Virus record (IMG/VR): IMGVR_UViG_3300017989_000089
Location: 64,001-83,039 of that record
Strand: one strand, 5' to 3'
Origin: a virus
Lineage: Duplodnaviria; Heunggongvirae; Uroviricota; Caudoviricetes
DNA length: 19,039 nucleotides
Shown here: in pieces, positions 1-8,204 of the stretch
How the letters are laid out: every line of letters starts with the position of its first letter
Numbering within the stretch: position 1 is the stretch's first letter
Position numbers and translations under genes: made by a program
Notes under the pieces: generated by a model
What the model was told of the DNA's origin: nothing
The model's database searches: none
The model's input: the letters and a program-made list of their open reading frames with translations, nothing else

Positions 1-1
1 C

Positions 2-82
2 GGACAATACCTTGGGCTCTACCCGAAGGATCTCGATAGAGGCTGGAGGAACAGAGGGAAAGAGGCTGAAGCAGGGAAATGA
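2..82 (+). CDS. 3' end of a hypothetical protein (5' truncated)
   Basis: Open frame GQYLGLYPKDLDRGWRNRGKEAEAGK* whose TGA overlaps the ATG at 79 (ATGA coupling). Confidence 0.5.
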   Translation, partial: GQYLGLYPKDLDRGWRNRGKEAEAGK

Positions 83-369
83 GCGAGTGGGTATACAACT
101 CCCTTGCGAAGCAATGGGAGAAGGATGGGAAGATCGTGACCGAGACTATGCTGGCTGATTACCACCTAACCGGTAATACCAGCGCGCTTCCCGATGACTT
201 CGTTGAGTGGTTCAGGGAATTGACCGGCTGTTACCACCTCCGCGGCTATCCGACTACCAACACCTCCGGGACCGCGGCCTGGCGTTGTGCCGACTGTGGA
301 GCAGTCATTTCTATGAAGGATGCACCCGCTAACAAACAGATTGTGAGTCCACCATGGCAGATCAAGTAA
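79..369 (+). CDS. hypothetical protein, possible Zn-binding (CxH...CxxC)
   Basis: 96-aa ORF, ATGA-coupled to upstream ORF. Confidence 0.75.
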   Translation: MSEWVYNSLAKQWEKDGKIVTETMLADYHLTGNTSALPDDFVEWFRELTGCYHLRGYPTTNTSGTAAWRCADCGAVISMKDAPANKQIVSPPWQIK

Positions 370-689
370 TCCCCTGCTCTGTGTGTGGGGAAAAGAGTCC
401 TTGTGAAATCTTTGGGTACAACTGGAACGGTATGCAGTTCGCCTTCATGGTTTGCGCCGGTTGCTATGCTCTACTGAGTTATGCCGCACTGATAGAATTG
501 CGCGCTCTCAGGAATGAGATATACGACGACATGAACAAGAAGGAAGAAGCATCCGAGGAAGAAGAGATGATGCCGAATGAAGACATCGTAAACAATCCAC
601 CTACAGTCCATCTGAGTAAAGAGGAGATGGAAGAACTGAGAGAGGCCAATGAAATTAAGATTGATGATCGAGGGGACGCAGACAAGTAA
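354..689 (+). CDS. hypothetical protein, Zn-ribbon-like N-terminus and acidic tail
   Basis: CSVC...CAGC pairs, E-rich C-terminus. Confidence 0.75.
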   Translation: MADQVIPCSVCGEKSPCEIFGYNWNGMQFAFMVCAGCYALLSYAALIELRALRNEIYDDMNKKEEASEEEEMMPNEDIVNNPPTVHLSKEEMEELREANEIKIDDRGDADK

Positions 690-858
690 AGTACAGACTC
701 CCGACACTGCGCTTATTGAGCTACGCGAGCAGAGACACCTTTCGCTGGTCGGCCTCGAGGAGTATGTTAAGAGAATGGTCAAGTCCGCGTTGAACGGAAA
801 CCTGCAACTGAACTTCGCTTTGAGGGTAGTCGACGATGATAACGCAACAACAGATTGA
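649..858 (+). CDS. hypothetical protein
   Basis: 69-aa ORF, GAGG upstream; start could be the ATG at 664. Confidence 0.6.
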   Translation: MKLRLMIEGTQTSKVQTPDTALIELREQRHLSLVGLEEYVKRMVKSALNGNLQLNFALRVVDDDNATTD

Positions 859-1027
859 GGAGTGGAGAGACACTGGAAGTTGGCCGGACCAAGATTTCCC
901 CGATCAGGTCCTGGAGCTATTCAACAGATATATCAGCCTCAAGGATAGCTACCACAAGCTGAGCGAAAGGGAAGGGTTCCTCGAGAAGGAGATCGCCCGC
1001 CTACGCAGTACGAGAGGTTTCAGATGA
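836..1027 (+). CDS. hypothetical protein with short coiled coil
   Basis: 63-aa ORF, GAGGG upstream, TGA overlaps next ATG. Confidence 0.7.
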   Translation: MITQQQIEEWRDTGSWPDQDFPDQVLELFNRYISLKDSYHKLSEREGFLEKEIARLRSTRGFR

Positions 1028-1386
1028 TCATCCAGATCGAGAACCTGAAGATCACCTGCAGCCCCGGAAAGCGCGGTGAGTACAGGGTAAGGGGTCACTA
1101 TATGAAGCGGGAGTTGAGGGTCCTGCTCATGCAAGCGTTTGAAGAGGGTCTTCAGTTGCGCTTTCGCGATAAACGTAAGACCAGGTGGACCACTTGGACG
1201 AAGGCGTGGGTGAGGGGGATTGCTGAAGATTATAGTGCGCAGTCAGGATACACCTTCACATTCGATCTACTTATCGACCGTCACCGTCCTGTTGCTTATG
1301 GAACCTCTTACATCCGTCAGAGTAACCGAGGGCGTACGCCCCACACAGTAGCCCAAGTGCAACGACAAGAACGACTACAGTTATAA
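1024..1386 (+). CDS. hypothetical protein
   Basis: 120-aa ORF, ATGA-coupled; last gene of the rightward run, converging on the leftward operon. Confidence 0.7.
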   Translation: MIIQIENLKITCSPGKRGEYRVRGHYMKRELRVLLMQAFEEGLQLRFRDKRKTRWTTWTKAWVRGIAEDYSAQSGYTFTFDLLIDRHRPVAYGTSYIRQSNRGRTPHTVAQVQRQERLQL

Positions 1387-1408
1387 TAGCTTCCATTGTT
1401 TTCCTCCG

Positions 1409-1663
1409 CTAAGGATGAAGCAAAAGGTGGATGTATCCCTTCCTGTCTTGACACAGGACACGACCGGCGTCTTCTAGGATCCCAAACATTGGATTCGGCC
1501 TTCCGCAAGGCTCTCCTGTCATTGGAGAGACTGTCGTGCGCTCGTACTCAACTGCGAACTCGACGATCTGCTCGTCGGTCCATGTCTCCGGAACGCACAC
1601 CTGAATCACCAGAACCTTGTCGAATACTACCTGTGCTCCGTCCTTCTCGTACAATGCATTCAT
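1409..1663 (-). CDS. hypothetical phage protein
   Basis: QVCVPxxWTDEQIVEFA motif resembles a recurrent small phage family (recalled, unverified); ATGA-coupled. Confidence 0.75.
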   Translation of the reverse strand: MNALYEKDGAQVVFDKVLVIQVCVPETWTDEQIVEFAVEYERTTVSPMTGEPCGRPNPMFGILEDAGRVLCQDRKGYIHLLLHP

Positions 1664-1998
1664 GGTACCTCTCCTGTCAAGCAGTGCCTTCGGTAAAAAC
1701 TCAGAACCCTCACACGTTCAGGGTTCCTGAACTCTTCCTCAGCTACGCTGATCTCCTTTAGATCTCCAGAGACCTTACCTCTATAAGTAACATACCATGC
1801 GTCACCGACCCACACTTTCTTGAGGACAGGCCTACACTCTACATCACCATCAAAGCCAATCCCACAATCCAGTGTGGTAATTGTTTCATAGTGTGCTGGT
1901 ACAAACCTCTTATCTACGTACTCACACTCCTCAGGGCATTCATGGATACAAGAGCACAACAAGAGGCTAACCAGAACGATTAGAAGACGCCACCTCAT
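1660..1998 (-). CDS. putative lipoprotein
   Basis: Start reassigned to ATG 1998 (GGAG upstream); MRWRLLIVLVSLLLCSC is a basic N-terminus, hydrophobic core and lipobox-like Cys. Confidence 0.65.
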   Translation of the reverse strand: MRWRLLIVLVSLLLCSCIHECPEECEYVDKRFVPAHYETITTLDCGIGFDGDVECRPVLKKVWVGDAWYVTYRGKVSGDLKEISVAEEEFRNPERVRVLSFYRRHCLTGEVP

Positions 1999-2194
1999 TC
2001 TTCTTCTCCATGATCTGTCTTCGTGAACGGTGACGAGCGAGGAGGCTGACGAATTCATCAAGTAGCATATTACAATTATGGCAGATGTCAACCCCCTCAC
2101 TGCCGAAAACGTACAGATTGATGTTCTTGACTTGTCCTTTGATCCCGCAGATGCGACAGATGCCGTTGGGGTACCATTGATCAGGTGCTGGCAT
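1967..2194 (-). CDS. Zn-finger hypothetical protein (2x CxxC)
   Basis: Start reassigned to ATG 2194, 2 nt after the upstream stop; CRIC...CHNC. Confidence 0.7.
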   Translation of the reverse strand: MPAPDQWYPNGICRICGIKGQVKNINLYVFGSEGVDICHNCNMLLDEFVSLLARHRSRRQIMEKKNEVASSNRSG

Positions 2195-2196
2195 CT

Positions 2197-2388
2197 CTAT
2201 CCGCCTTCCCCAACTCTTCCTTCGTTGGCTCTTACACAGTTTGGGTGTGCGGCGAACTTCATGCGCTCTTGTCTCTTGAGCCATCGTCTGATACGCCACG
2301 CATCTGCACCAGGCTCCGGTGCTTTGTTTGGAACGAGTTCGGCGACCTGACCATTGATAGCTTTGTACATGCGAACATTGGGATCCAT
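2197..2388 (-). CDS. hypothetical protein
   Basis: AGGAGG RBS, 63 aa. Confidence 0.7.
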   Translation of the reverse strand: MDPNVRMYKAINGQVAELVPNKAPEPGADAWRIRRWLKRQERMKFAAHPNCVRANEGRVGEGG

Positions 2389-2391
2389 AGA

Positions 2392-2832
2392 CTACCTCCT
2401 GATGTATGGTTTCAAGTAAGGGTAACACGTTCTCCACCGCGGATCATTTATTGCGTGGAGAATAGCGTGAAAGGCTTCGTGACGAACAGTCTCTTTGTAC
2501 CCGCAGCACACGATGATCTCGTTCGTGTCCGGATTGTAGAGACCATTCAGCATCTTGCGCTCGGTGTTCGTCGTGTAGAGAAAAGGTTTCTCCAATTGAA
2601 CCCATGAGTAGCTGTATGCGGAGATCGAGCGCGGGTCATGTGAGACTGGTGGTTCGAGAGCGAGTATCTCGTCCTGGGCGTTCTCCCATTCCGCCAGGAT
2701 CCACGCAGGGAGCGTCTCCTGCGTGTACATCATGGTCTCGACACGACCCGCGCAAGATGTGAGGAACAAGAGTGCGACGGCGAGGAGCTTCAGCACCCAG
2801 GCAGCTGTGATGAACCTAAGCGCCTGCTTCAA
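2392..2832 (-). CDS. putative lipoprotein with HEXXH zinc-metallopeptidase motif
   Basis: LLAVALLFLTS-C lipobox; GLYNPDTNEII...VRHEAFHAILH; probable TTG start at 2832 after GGAG (start uncertain). Confidence 0.65.
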   Translation of the reverse strand: MKQALRFITAAWVLKLLAVALLFLTSCAGRVETMMYTQETLPAWILAEWENAQDEILALEPPVSHDPRSISAYSYSWVQLEKPFLYTTNTERKMLNGLYNPDTNEIIVCCGYKETVRHEAFHAILHAINDPRWRTCYPYLKPYIRR

Positions 2833-3010
2833 AGGTCTCCGTTCCTTTCTCGTCGCACCCGCAATGGTTGTCATGGAAGATAACGAGCTTGCCATCGATC
2901 ACGGCATGGTAATGGTTGCAGGCCGGACAACGGAAGCCCTTCCACGGGCCGATCATATTGTCCAACTCGAGGTGTGCATCCTCGCAATGTCTGCAGGTCA
3001 TGTTTTCCAT
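2816..3010 (-). CDS. Zn-ribbon hypothetical protein
   Basis: AGGAGG RBS; CRHC...CPAC. Confidence 0.75.
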   Translation of the reverse strand: MENMTCRHCEDAHLELDNMIGPWKGFRCPACNHYHAVIDGKLVIFHDNHCGCDEKGTETFEAGA

Positions 3011-3018
3011 AGTCCCTC

Positions 3019-3168
3019 CTATTCCTTGATAAGAACGAGAGCTTCGAGGTCACCCTCGTCGAAGTTGTAACAGTCCGGAGGATTCGGCGGCTCGCGATCT
3101 CCATCATAAGCGAACGCACATCCTTCCGGTGTAAGATGCCAACAGCCTTCACAGAGTTCGTTGATCAT
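3019..3168 (-). CDS. 49-aa Cys-rich protein (not in ORF track)
   Basis: MINELCEGCWHLTPEGCAFAYDGDREPPNPPDCYNF...; AGGAG RBS; ATGA overlap with upstream stop. Confidence 0.65.
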   Translation of the reverse strand: MINELCEGCWHLTPEGCAFAYDGDREPPNPPDCYNFDEGDLEALVLIKE

Positions 3169-3389
3169 TTTGAATCTCCTGAATATTTGACTAGGCGCAT
3201 ACCACTAATCGCGGCTGCAACGCCGAAACGGTAACCGCACCTGAGCCCACAAAAAGCATTGTCGGCGTAGTCTCCGAACTCTTTACCGCAACGTCGGAGT
3301 TTCCTTCCACACCAAAGGCATGTCCCCTCTTTGTTGGTTCGATTGATCCTAGCGGGGCCGAGATTGAACCTTGATCCGATACTCGGCAT
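3165..3389 (-). CDS. Zn-binding hypothetical protein
   Basis: TAATG overlap places start at 3389; CLWC...FCGLRC. Confidence 0.7.
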   Translation of the reverse strand: MPSIGSRFNLGPARINRTNKEGTCLWCGRKLRRCGKEFGDYADNAFCGLRCGYRFGVAAAISGMRLVKYSGDSK

Positions 3390-3769
3390 TAGTCCCAACC
3401 CCGGCATCCGCAGTAGTAGCGATCATATCCACGATCGCCGCGGGGCTCGAAGCCTTTGCATTTGAATTGAGGCTTGTGGTTGCGTCCACCCGGGTGAGCT
3501 ACGATTGAGTACCCACAGTGCTTGCAGGTCTCTTGCGCCTCACGAGACTCCGCACCGCAGTACTCGAAGAATGGAAGTGAAGTGCTTGACGGTTTCTCGC
3601 TCCCACAACCGTAGGCACACTTGGCGATCCGTCCTGTGAGGTTCGGACCTTTCTTGACCACCTTCTCCGCTCCCGGGTGAATTCCGATGCAGATAACACA
3701 GGAAGGCTCACCCTTGGAGTTCGTAGCGTTGGCAGCGTGCCCACATTCCATCATTGGTTTCTCGCTCAT
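3389..3769 (-). CDS. Cys-rich hypothetical phage protein
   Basis: AAGGAGGAAGCATG start; CGH...CVIC, LTGRIAKC, LPFFEY, YYCGCRGWD. Confidence 0.8.
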   Translation of the reverse strand: MSEKPMMECGHAANATNSKGEPSCVICIGIHPGAEKVVKKGPNLTGRIAKCAYGCGSEKPSSTSLPFFEYCGAESREAQETCKHCGYSIVAHPGGRNHKPQFKCKGFEPRGDRGYDRYYCGCRGWD

Positions 3770-3936
3770 GCTTCCTCCTTGCAAGGACCACTATGGATCC
3801 ACTCAGTACCGTTGAACCGCACCTGAGCCCCACAAGAGCAGGTGGCGATCTCAGCCTCACGTGCCAAACGTTCCTGTCCTTCTGCCAGGCGTCTGCGGCA
3901 CTGAAGCCAGCGGCTGACGCTCTGATATCGTTTCAT
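3766..3936 (-). CDS. 56-aa hypothetical protein
   Basis: AGGAGG RBS, ATGA-coupled at both ends. Confidence 0.65.
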   Translation of the reverse strand: MKRYQSVSRWLQCRRRLAEGQERLAREAEIATCSCGAQVRFNGTEWIHSGPCKEEA

Positions 3937-4394
3937 ATCCCCTCCTGCTCTCTTGCCATCTCGCAGAGCTTGTGCCACTCGTCTACTGTGAGGTCGTAAC
4001 GGGTGCAGATGGTTTGGATATGCCCGTTGATTTCCTTGTTGGTGTATGCGTGCATCTGATGATCCTCCCACATCTCCTTGATCTCTTCTATGGCTGCATC
4101 CTCCAACCGCTTGAGTTTCACCACTTGGCAACCAACGAGCGTGGCGCTTATTTCGATTTGGACCGCATGCATCTTCTCGAACATCTCCGCGATCGAATCG
4201 AAGCGGAGAATGACGTGGTAGTCTTGGGCTCCGCAGGCACCAACCTCTTCTACGTGATCTAGGGCGAGTAGGGCGTCCGTGGTGTAGTCATCCGGGATGA
4301 AAGGATCGTCACCATTGGCGAAGAGTGCGACCCTTACCATACCCGGAATGAGTTCGACTTCGAGATTCGAGACGTCTTTATGGTAGTCAATCAT
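3933..4394 (-). CDS. hypothetical protein
   Basis: ATGA overlap places start at 4394; acidic globular-looking sequence. Confidence 0.75.
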   Translation of the reverse strand: MIDYHKDVSNLEVELIPGMVRVALFANGDDPFIPDDYTTDALLALDHVEEVGACGAQDYHVILRFDSIAEMFEKMHAVQIEISATLVGCQVVKLKRLEDAAIEEIKEMWEDHQMHAYTNKEINGHIQTICTRYDLTVDEWHKLCEMAREQEGI

Positions 4395-4651
4395 ACTCGG
4401 GTCTCGCAAATGCAGGGGTGGTCGTCGATGTGCCCGGAACCGCCACAGTACGGGCAGTCGTCCCGACGTGTGGCGATTGATTTGGCCTCGAGTTCGGCGC
4501 TGTGAATATTCCGGAGGATTTGATCGTGACGCGTTACCTCCATGTCCATGTGGAGTGCGAGTTCACGTGCGGCTCGAATATTCCGGCGTACCGTCTCGAG
4601 GATGGAACCGGCTTCATCGATCAGCTGGTCGTGAGTGTTCATATTGGTCAT
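4391..4651 (-). CDS. hypothetical protein with C-terminal CxxCxGxG Zn knuckle
   Basis: ATGA overlap at 4651; CPYCGGSG...C-x-C. Confidence 0.7.
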   Translation of the reverse strand: MTNMNTHDQLIDEAGSILETVRRNIRAARELALHMDMEVTRHDQILRNIHSAELEAKSIATRRDDCPYCGGSGHIDDHPCICETRV

Positions 4652-4779
4652 GTCAACAACCTTTCCATTTCGGCCTCGGCATCGGCCTTTTTGTTGAAGA
4701 TGCGCAGAACCTGATCGAACCACATCAGGAACCATGCCTGATTCACGTTCGACCATTCTACGTGCAGTCCGTTTTGCAT
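4648..4779 (-). CDS. 43-aa hypothetical protein
   Basis: TAGGAGGT RBS before ATG 4779. Confidence 0.65.
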   Translation of the reverse strand: MQNGLHVEWSNVNQAWFLMWFDQVLRIFNKKADAEAEMERLLT

Positions 4780-4787
4780 AGGACCTC

Positions 4788-5090
4788 CTACAGGATATCC
4801 GCGACACGGAGACCGCGGATCGTGTACGCATGGACCTGCCAGCAATCACCAACATTGATCCACTGGAGGGTGAAAGGCTTTTCCTTCTTCACGAGGTAGT
4901 AAGCTGCCCCATCGGCGACCGGGAAGGAAACGATCCGTCCGATGACCTTGCCCTGCCTGGCAGCTTCCGCGGCCTTCTCACAAAGCTTATCGAAGACCGC
5001 CTGGTTCTTCTCCGATTCCTTGGTGTACTCTCCGGCGGGGAGATCCCATGAGATGGGTTTGAAATACGGAGTCTTTTGCAATTGGGCCAT
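4788..5090 (-). CDS. hypothetical phage protein
   Basis: GGAGG RBS; VSFPVADG.AYY...IRGL motif. Confidence 0.8.
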   Translation of the reverse strand: MAQLQKTPYFKPISWDLPAGEYTKESEKNQAVFDKLCEKAAEAARQGKVIGRIVSFPVADGAAYYLVKKEKPFTLQWINVGDCWQVHAYTIRGLRVADIL

Positions 5091-5102
5091 AGAGCCTCCT
5101 TT

Positions 5103-5567
5103 CTAGACGTATGGAAGGTAAACGTCTCGCCCGGCCTCGCGGACCTTCAGAGCCCACTCCTTGGCGTTCTGATTGCGTCCGTCAGCATAGGCCGGACCCT
5201 GGAACTCACCATACCGCTCGATGACTGCTTTCATCACGCGGAAGAAGTTCTGCTGGATCGTTCGGTGCTCCCGAAAGAGGTGGTCGTAGATCTGGCTGAC
5301 CATTCGGGTGTCATTGCCCATGTAGTTCAGTCGCTGGAGGAAGGCCTCGATGACCTCGGAATTCTCGTCTTCGATGCTCTTTTCGCCCTCGCGGAGCTTC
5401 GCGGCCTCGTGGAGTTCTGCACTGGTGGGATCGCGGAATGAATCCTCTCCCGGGGAGCAAGCCAAAAACTCGACCGGCATCCCGGCGTTCTCCGTCACCC
5501 TGACTACCGTGCCATCTGAGAGAGTGTAATCTGTCTCGGTCTCGCTGACTTTCCTGATTCGACCCAT
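5103..5567 (-). CDS. hypothetical protein, first gene after a strong promoter
   Basis: AGGAGGTG RBS 5 nt before ATG 5567. Confidence 0.8.
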   Translation of the reverse strand: MGRIRKVSETETDYTLSDGTVVRVTENAGMPVEFLACSPGEDSFRDPTSAELHEAAKLREGEKSIEDENSEVIEAFLQRLNYMGNDTRMVSQIYDHLFREHRTIQQNFFRVMKAVIERYGEFQGPAYADGRNQNAKEWALKVREAGRDVYLPYV

Positions 5568-5594
5568 GGTCACCTCCTAATTTCCTTTAATAAT

Positions 5595-5623
5595 ATTGTA
5601 GGAAATTCCATGGTGTTTGTCAA
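5595..5623 (-). promoter_or_regulatory. sigma70-type promoter
   Basis: TTGACA (5623-5618), 17 bp, TACAAT (5600-5595). Confidence 0.85.
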
Positions 5624-5650
5624 GGGTTTCCAGCAACAAAATAAACTTTC

Positions 5651-6217
5651 TCAATCGATGTAGAAGGGCTCGCCCTCGGGCTCCTGCTCGGCGTTGCGGA
5701 TCTCGTTCCAGAGAACCCGGATTTGGCCGCGGCAAATGGAGTACCCCATTCCTTTGTACTTGATGACCCTGCTGAGGGTCCCAAATGGGAGAATTAGGGG
5801 TGGCATCAGAATGAGGCGGCGACCGGCGAGGTCGTGCCAGAAGTTACGGTGGCACCAGAACTCCTTGGTCGCAAGATCTATGCCAACTGCGGCTACCGTG
5901 AGGTCAAATCCCTCCAGAACCACCTTTATGGAAGGAAAAGTCGGGCCAACAACATCGTAGGTCAGATCCGAGTTGATGATCCAACGCCGAGGCTCGGAGC
6001 CCGCCGACTTCCATTTATCGTCGCCAAGCTGGTCCACAATAATACGCTTCCGCTGCTTCTCGTCCTTTACGAAGACGTCGACATCCTTGGGCTCTTCCCG
6101 GGCGAATAGGCGGCGCAGGGCTCCCCCACATACCCATCCTTCCTCGATCTCGAGCCCGCTGATGAACCAGTCGAGTCGCTCTTTGACGTGGGGTGGTAAG
6201 GTCTGTTTTTCTATCAT
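5651..6217 (-). CDS. class II nucleotidyltransferase (CCA-adding enzyme / poly(A) polymerase head domain)
   Basis: GGALRRLF...KDVDVF matches the GGxxR...DxD signature; FDLTVAAVG resembles the (R/F)DFT motif; C-terminal RxxKY..GY. Confidence 0.8.
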   Translation of the reverse strand: MIEKQTLPPHVKERLDWFISGLEIEEGWVCGGALRRLFAREEPKDVDVFVKDEKQRKRIIVDQLGDDKWKSAGSEPRRWIINSDLTYDVVGPTFPSIKVVLEGFDLTVAAVGIDLATKEFWCHRNFWHDLAGRRLILMPPLILPFGTLSRVIKYKGMGYSICRGQIRVLWNEIRNAEQEPEGEPFYID

Positions 6218-6339
6218 GTCGCGTTCTGTCCTTCCGTTTGACTTGAGTGAAAGGTTTGACTTGATTTATTGATCAAGGAGCCTATTTTACGCAAGTGGTG
6301 AAGCGAATACACAGATAATCGCTTCGGGTGATGGTGCAT
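6214..6339 (-). CDS. possible 41-aa leader ORF
   Basis: MHHHPKRL...; GGGAG upstream; TGA overlaps the ATG of the nucleotidyltransferase; could be non-coding. Confidence 0.35.
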   Translation of the reverse strand: MHHHPKRLSVYSLHHLRKIGSLINKSSQTFHSSQTEGQNAT

Positions 6340-6351
6340 GTCGCGTTCTCC

Positions 6352-6387
6352 CTATACCATATTATAAGGGAAATTGAGACATTTCCC
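6352..6387 (-). promoter_or_regulatory. extended -10 promoter with operator-like inverted repeat
   Basis: TATGGTATAG (6361-6352, identical to 11416-11407); GGGAAAT-N6-ATTTCCC at 6368-6387. Confidence 0.5.
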
Positions 6388-6424
6388 GGTTACAGGGGGT
6401 GGCGTCTGGATAAGTTGAGACATC

Positions 6425-6697
6425 TCAGTTAGTTGCGGCCTTTTCTGCAGCCTTAAACTGGTCTCCGAGTGCCTTGCTATCCGCGGCCACATTCTCGAGC
6501 CACTCGAGCGGATTTTGGCCGAGTTCGCCCACCAACTGACAGGCGATCACAAGGAGAATCCCGGCGATCCCGAACTTGATCTCGTCATCATCGAGGTTGT
6601 AGATGTTGCGAATGTTTTCGTCGATCTCCCCATGGGCCTGCTGGAGGGCGGCGAGATATAAGTTGGTTTCCTTACCTCCTGGCGTGTGTCTTGGCAT
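6425..6697 (-). CDS. hypothetical protein
   Basis: AAGGAGG RBS, 90 aa. Confidence 0.75.
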   Translation of the reverse strand: MPRHTPGGKETNLYLAALQQAHGEIDENIRNIYNLDDDEIKFGIAGILLVIACQLVGELGQNPLEWLENVAADSKALGDQFKAAEKAATN

Positions 6698-6699
6698 AG

Positions 6700-7029
6700 C
6701 TACCTCCTTTTATTTTCTGCTTGTACTACCACAACAATGTCTGACAGCGGGTGCTCGCAGCATGGACACGGCACCGGGGATCCGTCATCCTCTCCCTCGA
6801 AGGTCCAAGTGCATCCACACCCGCCGGTCTCGGGAAGACAACACTTCCTGATGTAGGAGTCACTTTTTCTTTTTCTTCTTGTTGACCTTGTACCACCGAC
6901 GCGATCGGAGCTTGTTTCGTTCTTCCTCGAGCTTCTTCGCTTCCCGCCGGAGCTTCTCTTTGCAGCGGAAGTAGTAGAGCGCGGCTTCCGGGTCGCCTTC
7001 TCCGTCGTAGAGAGATCGGTAGGCTTCAT
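6700..7029 (-). CDS. hypothetical protein with C-terminal Cys cluster (frame of N-terminal half ambiguous)
   Basis: ATGA-coupled start; CCLPETGGCGC...CPCC; the overlapping frame 6860-7150 looks more protein-like over the first half. Confidence 0.45.
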   Translation of the reverse strand: MKPTDLSTTEKATRKPRSTTSAAKRSSGGKRRSSRKNETSSDRVGGTRSTRRKRKSDSYIRKCCLPETGGCGCTWTFEGEDDGSPVPCPCCEHPLSDIVVVVQAENKRR

Positions 7030-7211
7030 CGAGATCCTTCTTTGTGCAAGGACGAAGCCGCGGCTTTTTGGACCTCGTCGTAGGCTGCTTCTGCCTGCTC
7101 ACGCGATACCTCGATGCCCTCCCTCGCCTGGAGCGCGATAATGCAGTCAACCATCAGACGCCGTCTCTGCTCCGGGTCGGCGAGGATAGAGCGAATGTCA
7201 ACTCTTCTCAC
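7026..7211 (-). CDS. hypothetical phage protein
   Basis: GGAGGG RBS and GTG 7211 (GTGA overlap); ILADPEQRRRLMV...QAREGI...EQAEAAYD. Confidence 0.7.
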   Translation of the reverse strand: MRRVDIRSILADPEQRRRLMVDCIIALQAREGIEVSREQAEAAYDEVQKAAASSLHKEGSR

Positions 7212-7453
7212 ATACCCTCCATTATAAAGCTCATTGCAATGAAGTAGAGCAAGAAGAACAGCCACAGGATGAACAGGAGGATCTCTGGTGCGAGATGCAG
7301 CCTCTTGGAGATTCGCCTCCCGAACCTGCAGAAGAAACTTGCGAGCGTGCGGCATAGTTCACTTGTCATATAACACTCGCGGTTTCGGTCGAACTCTTCC
7401 AGCCATGCGATCAACTTCCTCTTGAGAGAGCCAGGCGATCTTCGGGACCTCAC
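7208..7453 (-). CDS. single-pass membrane protein (start uncertain, possibly 7369)
   Basis: C-terminal hydrophobic helix ILLFILWLFFLLYFIAMSFIM. Confidence 0.55.
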   Translation of the reverse strand: MRSRRSPGSLKRKLIAWLEEFDRNRECYMTSELCRTLASFFCRFGRRISKRLHLAPEILLFILWLFFLLYFIAMSFIMEGM

Positions 7454-7580
7454 GCCGACCTTTCTTCCGGAGCCAGTAGGCGAATCCGGCGATGCGTCCC
7501 GAGATGGCTCGAGAGAAGAACCACCGGCCCGGCTTGAGACCTGCTTCCCATCCTTTAGAGAACCAACGACAGACTCTCAT
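7359..7580 (-). CDS. basic, Trp-rich hypothetical protein
   Basis: ATGA overlap with upstream stop at 7577-7579. Confidence 0.55.
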   Translation of the reverse strand: MRVCRWFSKGWEAGLKPGRWFFSRAISGRIAGFAYWLRKKGRREVPKIAWLSQEEVDRMAGRVRPKPRVLYDK

Positions 7581-7942
7581 GACCAACCCTCAAGAGCGAC
7601 CCAAGCGGCTTCGATCGCCTCTTCCCTTGATTCCTTACCTTTGCTGGCGTTGATCGTGTAGGCAACACGAAGACACCAACGTGCGAGACGGATCCAGTGA
7701 CGCGGGCTACCTCCATAGGCCAATGTCGTCCATTGGGGAGCAGCCTTCCATCCTCCGGGGACAAACGCAGCAGCATCAATCTGGATATCAGCAGAGCCTT
7801 TTGACTTGGGCTCTCGCGCAGCGCGGATATGACGTAGGCACCCAACACGGATTGGAACAGTGACCATCATTTCTCTGGTTCCATTCGTTGCGGACTCGTC
7901 CGGAACCACGATCTTTTTGAATGTCACTCTCTTAATGATCAT
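7577..7942 (-). CDS. hypothetical protein
   Basis: 121 aa, ATGA-coupled. Confidence 0.7.
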   Translation of the reverse strand: MIIKRVTFKKIVVPDESATNGTREMMVTVPIRVGCLRHIRAAREPKSKGSADIQIDAAAFVPGGWKAAPQWTTLAYGGSPRHWIRLARWCLRVAYTINASKGKESREEAIEAAWVALEGWS

Positions 7943-8184
7943 ACCGCGAACCTCGCGACTTCATCGACTTTGATGTTGTCGTAGTTGTCCTGGAAGTGGA
8001 ACGCGAAGGGCTCTCCCATTCCGACATAGATGGTGCGCAGGCAATTCGGGCAGGCGTATCGATCACTCGATATCTTGTAGTAGGGTGATCCATCTTCGGT
8101 GATCATCTCGATGTCGACCCCGTTCTTTTGAGGGCGCATCTCGATGTTGCAGTCACCGCAGATTGCTCGAGGAACGTGTGCCAT
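7939..8184 (-). CDS. Zn-ribbon hypothetical protein
   Basis: TAAGGAGG RBS; CGDC...CPNC. Confidence 0.8.
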   Translation of the reverse strand: MAHVPRAICGDCNIEMRPQKNGVDIEMITEDGSPYYKISSDRYACPNCLRTIYVGMGEPFAFHFQDNYDNIKVDEVARFAV

Positions 8185-8204
8185 GATGCCTCCTTATCTT
8201 CAGA

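Noticed and set aside
471-7863. Opposite-strand ORFs in the left arm (e.g. 471-782, 1396-1761, 2185-2607, 4468-4899, 5076-5441, 5694-5960)
   Set aside because: Antisense to RBS-supported, translationally coupled genes
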